Below are positions 19,376-28,762 of a stretch of 64,000 nt of DNA, piece by piece. The notes under the pieces were generated by a model. The model saw nothing but the letters and a program-made list of their open reading frames with translations. It was not told the origin of the DNA and did no database searches. How positions within the stretch are numbered: position 1 is the stretch's first letter; every line of letters begins with the position of its first letter. A program made the translations under genes and the position numbers. The stretch comes from Candidatus Levyibacteriota bacterium (lineage in GTDB: Bacteria; Patescibacteriota; Microgenomatia; Levybacterales; UBA12049), in assembly GCA_052034235.1 (NCBI GenBank), contig JBPOIT010000005.1, positions 113,698 to 177,697 of the forward strand, read 5' to 3'.

Positions 19376-20014
19376 ATGAAACGAGCGATTATTTTTTATA
19401 ACGGAGATAAAGCTGATCTTACCTCTGCCAAAAGATACATTAATAACAGTGATTATATTATTTGCGCTGACGGCGGAACTGAACTTGCTCTAAAACTTGG
19501 TTTGACTCCTCACACAATCATCGGCGATTTTGATTCTTTATCAAAAGAGACACGAAAAAACTTAGTGGAAAAACAGATAGATTGGGTTACCTTTCCCAAA
19601 GAGAAAGATGAAACAGATTCAGAACTCGCCCTTTCCTATGCAATAAAAAAAGGTTACACAAATCTTCTTATTTTTGGACTTTTTGGTACACGTTTGGATC
19701 ATATGCTCACCAATATATTTGCACTTTCTTATCTTGAAGAAAAAGGTATCACTGTTATGTTTGTAGAAGGAGCTCAAGAAATACAAGTTACAAGAAGCAC
19801 AATAAACATAAAAGGAAACATCGGAGATCTCGTATCTCTCATCCCGTTACAAAGTGACATAAAGAATGTTAAAACAACAAATCTCGCTTATAAACTTCTG
19901 AAAGAAAATTTACATTTTGGTTTCTCCAGGGGAATTAGTAATGTTATGACAGCAAAAGAAGCTACCGTCTCGATATCTGATGGATTGCTCTTGGTAATTC
20001 ATACCAAACTTTAA
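19376..20014 (+). CDS. thiN: Thiamine pyrophosphokinase
   Basis: CADGG, GDFDS, KDETDSELA, GTRLDH, GISN. Confidence 0.93.
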   Translation: MKRAIIFYNGDKADLTSAKRYINNSDYIICADGGTELALKLGLTPHTIIGDFDSLSKETRKNLVEKQIDWVTFPKEKDETDSELALSYAIKKGYTNLLIFGLFGTRLDHMLTNIFALSYLEEKGITVMFVEGAQEIQVTRSTINIKGNIGDLVSLIPLQSDIKNVKTTNLAYKLLKENLHFGFSRGISNVMTAKEATVSISDGLLLVIHTKL

Positions 20015-20241
20015 ACTTCATAGCCGCCGGATGGTGGTTCGTTTGAAGAGTGCATTTCACCATAAATTTCATTACTATCTTCAATTGGTCCGTCGTCATA
20101 TTTTGTTTCTTTATCATCTTCTCCGGTTTCGATAAGATGTTTTTTAATTGCGTTATATAATGTTTGTGAAGCAATTTCTTTATTGTCGTTGTATGTATAA
20201 AAAACATACGAGCAGTGGGAACACGATTGTGAGTAGTACAT
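20011..20241 (-). CDS. Small putative metal-binding protein
   Basis: MYYSQSCSHC...KKHL, acidic tail; TATAAT 6 nt before ATG 20241. Confidence 0.6.
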   Translation of the reverse strand: MYYSQSCSHCSYVFYTYNDNKEIASQTLYNAIKKHLIETGEDDKETKYDDGPIEDSNEIYGEMHSSNEPPSGGYEV

Positions 20242-20248
20242 ATATGTA

Positions 20249-21934
20249 TTATACACCCTTTGATTTATTGACATGCTCTAAATGTTTTTCACGTTCTTCT
20301 TCAAAACCTTTTCGATCAAGACCATGACGTGAAATCATCTGTGAAGCATAACGTGCACCCAGATAGTGAGGCATCACAACATACGTTGCTCCTAATTCAT
20401 AAAGTGCCTTGGCATGATCTATTTCTCCACTGCGGACAATGATAATTGCACGTTCGTTGATTTCGCGGATTTTTTTAACGAGTAATGCATTTGCTTTAAA
20501 TGAAGGTATTGTCGACACACACATCTTAATCGTTTGTAAATTAAGCTCTTGCAAGAATTCAACATCTTCAGCATCTCCATATTTAAACGGTACATTATTC
20601 GTCAGCATTTCCTTAATAAGTGTTGGGTTTAAATCGATAACGACATAATTACTGCCGATTTTTGAAAATGCATGGATAAAATCATGCCCTACTTTGTCAT
20701 ATCCAAAGAGAACAAGTTCAGGATGCGGAGAATTATCATGCGCTTCATGGCTATTTTGCTTCAATCTTATTTTTTTAAGAAAAGGTTTGAAAAAATCATA
20801 TAATTTATCAGACGAAAGCATCATGTAAGATGACCCCGCAATCGTTACCAAACCGACGAGTGTAATAAGAGACGTTACCTCCTCAGAAAGATGACCAGCG
20901 GTCAACCCAAGCCCAGCAAGAATGAGAGAAAATTCACTGACTTGCGCGAGATTAATACCTGTTTCAAACGCTGTCCTTGTTTTATAGCCTAATACATTCA
21001 TCAGATAAAAAACGATAAGTGGTTTTACGATAAGAACAAAGAGTGAGAGTACAATTGCTGGAATAAGGATGAGTTGAATTGTCCCAAGTACCATTTCGCT
21101 TCCGAGAAGAATAAAAAACAGAATAATAAAAAAATCACGCAGTGGTTTGAGTCGAGAGGCAATACTATCTGCAAATGGTGTTAGTGCAAGTGTCACACCT
21201 GCCATGAGTGCCCCAACTTCGACAGATAAACCAAGCAGGTAAAAACTGCTTGCAAGTGCTAACCCCCAACTTATTGAGAAAAGGAATAGAAGCTCTTGTG
21301 ATTCAGCCAAATATTGGACGACTTTGTTTAAAACAAATCTGCTGATTAAAAAGAGACCAAGGAACATAACAAGCATTTTAAGAATGAGCATTGTAACCAC
21401 ACTGGCAAAACCTGTCTCTGCACCAGCAGCACTAAATGAGGAAACAACGATAAGAAGAAAAATGGCTACCAAATCTTGAATTAAAAGTAGGCCAACTGAG
21501 ACTTTACCATGCAGTTTGTGCAACTCACCCTTATCTGAGAGGATTTTAAGTATAATAATCGTACTACTGAATGCAAGAGCAATGCCTACGTAAAGTGCTT
21601 CAAGTTCTGAGATGCCTAATAGTTTGGCTGCGATGAATCCGTAAAATGCCGTGAGTGCAATTTGACCGAGTCCTCCAATAAAAGAAACTTTTCCAACTTC
21701 CTTAATAACATTCGGGCTTAAATTAAGTCCAACGATAAACAATAAAATAGTGATTCCAATTTCGGAGAATAATTCTATGTATTCTGGCCTATGGAGCAAA
21801 TCAAAGAATTGAGGCCCAATCAAAATTCCGGTTACAATATAACCAACGACAAGCGGCTGTTTCAGAAGCCTCATCATAACTGATATAACAGCAGCAATTG
21901 TGACAATGTAAGAAAACTCTAGAAAAACTTCCAT
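20249..21934 (-). CDS. CPA2 cation:proton antiporter with TrkA-N/RCK domain (KefB/C-like)
   Basis: LFIVGL, FSSTII, QD, QVSEFS; C-terminal FGYDKVG, YGDAED. Confidence 0.92.
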   Translation of the reverse strand: MEVFLEFSYIVTIAAVISVMMRLLKQPLVVGYIVTGILIGPQFFDLLHRPEYIELFSEIGITILLFIVGLNLSPNVIKEVGKVSFIGGLGQIALTAFYGFIAAKLLGISELEALYVGIALAFSSTIIILKILSDKGELHKLHGKVSVGLLLIQDLVAIFLLIVVSSFSAAGAETGFASVVTMLILKMLVMFLGLFLISRFVLNKVVQYLAESQELLFLFSISWGLALASSFYLLGLSVEVGALMAGVTLALTPFADSIASRLKPLRDFFIILFFILLGSEMVLGTIQLILIPAIVLSLFVLIVKPLIVFYLMNVLGYKTRTAFETGINLAQVSEFSLILAGLGLTAGHLSEEVTSLITLVGLVTIAGSSYMMLSSDKLYDFFKPFLKKIRLKQNSHEAHDNSPHPELVLFGYDKVGHDFIHAFSKIGSNYVVIDLNPTLIKEMLTNNVPFKYGDAEDVEFLQELNLQTIKMCVSTIPSFKANALLVKKIREINERAIIIVRSGEIDHAKALYELGATYVVMPHYLGARYASQMISRHGLDRKGFEEEREKHLEHVNKSKGV

Positions 21935-21992
21935 GGGCAGTAATCTATTATTGCATCTTTTCCAAAAACTTGCCACAATATTGAAGAGTCCT

Positions 21993-23644
<1,652 letters not shown>

Positions 23645-23661
23645 CCCTGCCTCCTATTGGC

Positions 23662-24174
23662 ATGTCAAAAGAACTATCAAGACGAAGCTTATTAGAAGCA
23701 TCCGTTTCAGTCGGTGCAGTTCTTTTTCTTTCCAGCTGTACACAACAAAGACCATTACTCGAAGAACGAGACCTTCGACCAATAAAAACAGAGGAAGTAA
23801 AGACATACCTCACTCCTATTCAAAAACAATTGAGAGATGCAGAATTTGGTTTAAAACTTGACCGTGAGCCTACCAATTTTGGAACTATAAAAACCTATTA
23901 CGCTACAAAAAATGAATCTACAATTAAAATTGTTCCTTTGCATGACGCTATAGACACAATGATATTTATATCGACAGTAAAAGACGAGACAACTGAGGTT
24001 TCATATAAGGACACTGGCAAATCATGGCTGATTTACAAACGAGTATCAAAGAAAGATGGAAAAGCATCGACAGAGATATTTACAACTGGTGAATATGCTC
24101 CATTACAAGCACATGTTTATGGCGATTTAAAACATCATTGCAGTGAGGTATTGAAGAATTTTATTACGCTCTAA
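23662..24174 (+). CDS. Putative lipoprotein with twin-arginine-like leader
   Basis: SRRSLL followed by hydrophobic stretch and lipobox LSSC. Confidence 0.6.
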   Translation: MSKELSRRSLLEASVSVGAVLFLSSCTQQRPLLEERDLRPIKTEEVKTYLTPIQKQLRDAEFGLKLDREPTNFGTIKTYYATKNESTIKIVPLHDAIDTMIFISTVKDETTEVSYKDTGKSWLIYKRVSKKDGKASTEIFTTGEYAPLQAHVYGDLKHHCSEVLKNFITL

Positions 24175-24523
24175 AAGCATTGCTTGTCTGAGAATTTTTA
24201 ACCGCACCTGCTCTAGCTCTTTGAAGAGTCCGTCTATTGTTACTATATATTGCTTCGCGATCTTCTTCTGTTAATCCTCCCCAAATTCCATAAGGCTCTC
24301 GTGCATACAATGCATATTCTCGACACTTCTCTATAACAGGACACTGAGCACAAATTCCTTTGGCAACTCGTGCTCTTTCTCTTCTTGCAAAACCTCGTTC
24401 TCCTTCAGGATGGTAAAACTGTTCTGGATCATACCGACGACAAGCTCCATTTATTTGCCATTCCCAATTTTCTTCTATTGGTGCAGGCATATTTGACATC
24501 TCTGGATTTCTTCTACTAGGCAT
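24164..24523 (-). CDS. WhiB-family (WhiB3/WhiD-like) Fe-S transcriptional regulator
   Basis: WEWQINGAC...FYHPEGERG...AKGICAQCPVIEKC...EPYGIWGGLTEEDR: four Cys plus G[IV]WGG turn. Confidence 0.92.
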   Translation of the reverse strand: MPSRRNPEMSNMPAPIEENWEWQINGACRRYDPEQFYHPEGERGFARRERARVAKGICAQCPVIEKCREYALYAREPYGIWGGLTEEDREAIYSNNRRTLQRARAGAVKNSQTSNAFRA

Positions 24524-24595
24524 AATTTGAAATTATACCATAAAAGCATAATTCCCCTTGCCATTCGTTGCTCTACCTATTACAATTGACTCGAA

Positions 24596-25594
24596 ATGAT
24601 TAAGTTGAAAAGACAATCCAAAATGCACAACAAGAACTATTTTTTGCGAGGAAATCAATTTTCTTTTTCCCATCTCTCTTCTTTCCGCATATTTATGGGA
24701 TTTCTCCTAACCATCGTTTTCTCATTTGTAACACCTCTTCCCGCACTTACCATCACCCAAAATGCAGTTGATGCAACTTCAGAAGCTGAAGTGCAATTTT
24801 TCACACCTTCACTCTTCCCTACACCAACTTCAACAAACCAATCAACCCTGCCGCTTGACCCGTTAGAACTGCTTCACCAAACACCAACACCAGCGGCTAC
24901 GAAGTCTACTGAGGAGCCTGCGGCTGATTATTGTATGGAAGTACCTGTTTTGATGTATCATCACATCCAACCCCTTCAGGTAGCTTCACTGCTTGGACAC
25001 GCACCTCTTACCGTTGATAGTACCATTTTTGAAAACCAAATGATTTATCTCAACGATCATGGTTACACGGCACTTTCTGCTGATGATTTAGTAAATGCAC
25101 TTAAACACAAACAACAACTTCCCGAAAAACCTGTCATGATTACCATAGACGACGGTTATGACGATAATTACACCTACGCCTATATGACAGCAAAGAAACA
25201 GCACATGATTATGAATTTTATGATTCCGACACAACTGATCGGCAAACCAGGCTATATGAATTGGGATCACTTAAGAGAAATGCACGAAAATGAATATGCA
25301 AGGATATACAATCATACGGCAACACATGCTCCGCTTGGATATATTCTAAAAAATCAAATCCATCAAGAACTTGCCACTTCAAAAGATGATTTTAAAAGAG
25401 AGTTAAACTATATGACCGACATTTTCACCTATCCATATGGTTCATATACCCCTATCGCAATTGACGTTCTGAAAGAAGACGACTTTAATGCTGCATTTAC
25501 AACAGAAGACGGGCAAACCCATTGTCTTTCAAATATAATGCAGCTCCCAAGAAAACGAATAGGCAATGCCCCAATGAGCAGTTACGGCTACTAA
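24596..25594 (+). CDS. Polysaccharide deacetylase (CE4), membrane-anchored with P/T linker
   Basis: PVLMYHHI, TIDDGY, NHTATH, YPYG; TTGCCA-17-TACAAT upstream; true start uncertain. Confidence 0.88.
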   Translation: MIKLKRQSKMHNKNYFLRGNQFSFSHLSSFRIFMGFLLTIVFSFVTPLPALTITQNAVDATSEAEVQFFTPSLFPTPTSTNQSTLPLDPLELLHQTPTPAATKSTEEPAADYCMEVPVLMYHHIQPLQVASLLGHAPLTVDSTIFENQMIYLNDHGYTALSADDLVNALKHKQQLPEKPVMITIDDGYDDNYTYAYMTAKKQHMIMNFMIPTQLIGKPGYMNWDHLREMHENEYARIYNHTATHAPLGYILKNQIHQELATSKDDFKRELNYMTDIFTYPYGSYTPIAIDVLKEDDFNAAFTTEDGQTHCLSNIMQLPRKRIGNAPMSSYGY

Positions 25595-26844
25595 GTGTGA
25601 AATGCTAAGTCTTTGACTCCTCCAAAGGCGATTCTGTCTAAAATAAGATCATCCATATCCATCATGATTCCCGGTACGACAGTGAATTCTCCGTATTTAT
25701 CGTTTAATTTATCAGCAGCATCTGCAACTTTTCTGGCTTTGTGAAAGTCTTCCTCAAAAAGATGCATTTGACGGGAATCAAAAGGTGAAAGTCGATAACA
25801 AGAAATGCCAATTTGGGAAACTTTTTTATATTCAGGCTGCATGCTAAAAATAATTTTGGCGTGATCATACAGTTCTTTGGTTGTATACATATCTCGCTCC
25901 ATCAGCCGCCCTCTGTGCCAGCCTGTATGATCTTTGTAGCCAAACCACATATGGATTCCCCTTGCAGTAAAACCTTTGTTTCTGAGTCTTCTGCCCATTT
26001 TTTCGCACAATTTCATGATGAGCCGTGATAGTTCAGTATGATCATCTGTTGCAAATTTGATGGCATATTGCTGACCGATAGATTTAATTCCAAAATCCTT
26101 TTGATCAGCTTCAAATCCTCGCAATTTATCAAACCATCTTCCGCCGATAACGCTTCTAAAAATTTGTTTTTCAAGTTTTTCGCGTGTTGCCTTAAAAAAA
26201 TCTAATGGGGTATAAATACCATTCATATTAAGTCTTAATTGGTAACGAACGTTTATGCCGCAAAAATCTAAGAGTTCTGCCTTTTGATACGTATCTAAAA
26301 GATTGGTGTGATCTATGTAAGTTAACCCGTCCGGTTTATGCAGTGACGCTCCCAGTTTTGCAAGAAACATATTGGTTCCGATGCCAATGCTGCAAAAAAT
26401 CCATTCTCCTATTTCCTGTTTCATCCGCTCCTTAATTTCCTTGGCAACACTAATTAAATCCGTATGCAGATTGGCAACGGGATGAAAATCGATAATTGCC
26501 TCATCAATTGATTTTGGAGTTACATCTGGTGAATAATCCATGAAGATTTTTTTAAATTTCTGATGAACGTCACGATACAAAGAAGGATCAGGTGTTCTCA
26601 CTACGATATTTGGATAAATCATCAGAGCATCACTCACACGCATCCCCATCTTTATACCAATCCGTTTGGCTTCAATTGACGGTGCGAGAATAAATGCATT
26701 AGGAGTACCATATGCAGCAACGACAATTGGTTTGCCTCGAAGAAGTGGATTGACCTGCTGCTCAATAGTGGCAAAACAAGAATTCAAATCAATATGCATC
26801 AGCAGAGGTTTGTGACGATTTAGTAATGAGGCATTCATAATCAA
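25591..26844 (-). CDS. Y-family DNA polymerase (DinB/UmuC-like)
   Basis: HIDLNSCFA, SIEAK, SIDEA, KPDG, C-terminal clamp-binding-like QMHLF. Confidence 0.92.
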   Translation of the reverse strand: MIMNASLLNRHKPLLMHIDLNSCFATIEQQVNPLLRGKPIVVAAYGTPNAFILAPSIEAKRIGIKMGMRVSDALMIYPNIVVRTPDPSLYRDVHQKFKKIFMDYSPDVTPKSIDEAIIDFHPVANLHTDLISVAKEIKERMKQEIGEWIFCSIGIGTNMFLAKLGASLHKPDGLTYIDHTNLLDTYQKAELLDFCGINVRYQLRLNMNGIYTPLDFFKATREKLEKQIFRSVIGGRWFDKLRGFEADQKDFGIKSIGQQYAIKFATDDHTELSRLIMKLCEKMGRRLRNKGFTARGIHMWFGYKDHTGWHRGRLMERDMYTTKELYDHAKIIFSMQPEYKKVSQIGISCYRLSPFDSRQMHLFEEDFHKARKVADAADKLNDKYGEFTVVPGIMMDMDDLILDRIAFGGVKDLAFHT

Positions 26845-27095
26845 TTTCCATCCGATATCTCTTCAAGTATCCAATGTAGTGTATCTGGGTCGTGGCGGAG
26901 ACGAAAATTTAAGGTACCTGTGCAAACATGAAAGATATGAAAGACTGTACGCCCCTCACGAACTTTGTGATGAAACCCGACTTTCTTCGTGAGATAATCC
27001 CGACCGTTCCATCTAATTTTATATGGAGTGACTTCCCCTCCAAGCTTTCTGTAGATTGTAATAACATCGACTTTTTCATTAATTTTTTGGTTCAT
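26841..27095 (-). CDS. Small beta-rich protein between lexA and dinB
   Basis: MNQKINEKVDV...IRWNGRDY...HWILEEI; stop overlaps dinB start. Confidence 0.75.
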   Translation of the reverse strand: MNQKINEKVDVITIYRKLGGEVTPYKIRWNGRDYLTKKVGFHHKVREGRTVFHIFHVCTGTLNFRLRHDPDTLHWILEEISDGN

Positions 27096-27213
27096 ACAGA
27101 GCAACTTTCCTCTGCGGCAGTACGTTTTTAATCGCTTGAGACCTAAGATATGAGAAGCTAGATCTATGAGAGGCAGCGTCACGGTCTAACTCCCCCTATT
27201 TCAGGACTCAAAT

Positions 27214-27789
27214 TTAGTGGTATTTACGTATCACACTTATCACCACTCCCCCTATTTCCAAACTTTGTTTTGGGCGGATAATAGGGTAATGCTTGTTTGC
27301 AGGAACAAGCTCTACTTCTCCGTTGCGTTTGAAATAATATTTAACAGTCCATTCGTTATCAACGATAGCGGCAACGATATCTCCATTGATCGGCGATCTG
27401 TTAGGATCAACGATAATTTTATCTCCCTCACCAATGAGCGCATCAACCATAGAATCACCAGAAACTGTGAGGAAATAAATTTCTCCCTGCACATCATAGA
27501 GATAACGAAAAAGATCGATATTATCATGATGAGCTTCAAATGCAGGCATTGGATAACCTGCTTTAATTGTCCCCAAATGGGGAATCGCAAAAAGATTCTT
27601 GGGGAGGAGTTTACCCTTGTCCCCTTTCTCCAAAAATCCTGCTTCAACAAGTTTGTTGACGATTTTAAAACTGGCATTTTTCGAAGCAACTCCAAACAAG
27701 GTATTCATCTCTTCATAGGTAGGAAGACGTTTTTCAAGTCTATAGAAGTTTCGAATTTTTTTAATAGCAAAGTCTAAAGTCATCGTCAT
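27214..27789 (-). CDS. lexA: LexA-family repressor
   Basis: N-terminal wHTH (LPTYEEM), Ala-Gly cleavage site KAG, catalytic Ser GDSM and Lys TVK. Confidence 0.88.
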   Translation of the reverse strand: MTMTLDFAIKKIRNFYRLEKRLPTYEEMNTLFGVASKNASFKIVNKLVEAGFLEKGDKGKLLPKNLFAIPHLGTIKAGYPMPAFEAHHDNIDLFRYLYDVQGEIYFLTVSGDSMVDALIGEGDKIIVDPNRSPINGDIVAAIVDNEWTVKYYFKRNGEVELVPANKHYPIIRPKQSLEIGGVVISVIRKYH

Positions 27790-27793
27790 AGTG

Positions 27794-27845
27794 GTGAACA
27801 AATGTTTACTAAAATTAGTATAAGTGAACACCTGTTCACTGTCAA
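27794..27845 (-). promoter_or_regulatory. lexA promoter with two SOS boxes
   Basis: Minus-strand TTGACA (27845-27840), 17 bp, TATACT (27822-27817); palindrome AGTGAACACCTGTTCACT 27823-27840 fills the spacer; second box GTGAACAAATGTTTAC 27794-27809. Confidence 0.88.
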
Positions 27846-27897
27846 GTACCTGAGGTTTATTCTTACAACTTTTTTACATTTATATGGGGAACGCTCT

Positions 27898-28719
27898 TTA
27901 AACGTACTCTTCGCTACAGATGGCTTCTACTTCGGCGATGACTCTGTCTCGTTCTTCTTGAGTTAATGCGAGCATGTCCAGAACTGTTTTATCCCGCTGA
28001 ATATCCTTGCAGAGGACGACGTGATTTTGCAGGAGTGTAGCTTTTTGAGATTGACTGAGGTTGTGAATTACGGTGATCGGATGCAATCTGGCAGTTTCAA
28101 TTAAATCCCGAAGGCTTCCTCCACTCTCTGGATAACTCCAACTTATCACTTTCATACCCATGCATTCAGCATAAGTAATTGCATCAATTGTCGCTTTGGT
28201 ATTGGTCACAAGCCAAACATCCTGAAAATTCTGATTCGTTTGGACATCTTCAAATCTCGCAAACGTATAGAGTGCAACTTGTACTTCAGAGCGAGTTCCT
28301 GAACTATTATGAAATTTGAGCTCAATCATTGATGCTTTACCTTCTTTTTTGGCTATGACATCAACCTCATGCGAAACACACCTGCCGCGAAGGATTTGAC
28401 GAACTTGTGTTGTATAGCCATGTGCTTCAAGAATTCTTGCCACGAAATCTTCGAAGGGATAACCTGTCGGACCGAGCATCATAATTGATTCCTTCAGGCT
28501 ATAACGGGCGCGGACAAACGGTTGTGAAGAGTTACCTAGAAATTCCAGAATATGCCTATATATTTCCTCCGTTGAGATACCTTCATATAATTTTGACTTT
28601 ACATGTGCGAGGACTTCGTCGTGAAGTGAATTTGGAATCCGTGCTCTACGGATTGAATTCATAACTTTCTGCTCGTTGAATGCTTCTTTTTCACCTGTTG
28701 CCTTAATAACAGTAGTCAT
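27898..28719 (-). CDS. ATP-cone + Mrr-like PD-(D/E)xK nuclease domain protein
   Basis: VIKATGEKEAFNEQKV ATP-cone; GYPFEDFV, HEVDVIA, IELKFH, LVTNT. Confidence 0.82.
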   Translation of the reverse strand: MTTVIKATGEKEAFNEQKVMNSIRRARIPNSLHDEVLAHVKSKLYEGISTEEIYRHILEFLGNSSQPFVRARYSLKESIMMLGPTGYPFEDFVARILEAHGYTTQVRQILRGRCVSHEVDVIAKKEGKASMIELKFHNSSGTRSEVQVALYTFARFEDVQTNQNFQDVWLVTNTKATIDAITYAECMGMKVISWSYPESGGSLRDLIETARLHPITVIHNLSQSQKATLLQNHVVLCKDIQRDKTVLDMLALTQEERDRVIAEVEAICSEEYV

Positions 28720-28762
28720 AGATTAAGTATAGACAATTTCACACAATTTCTAAATCCCACTT

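Noticed and set aside
27121-27200. Pistol-ribozyme-like look (TTAGACC ... GGTCTCAAGCG)
   Set aside because: Pseudoknot pairing imperfect, and P1 and the conserved linker not found; kept only as a generic structured spacer
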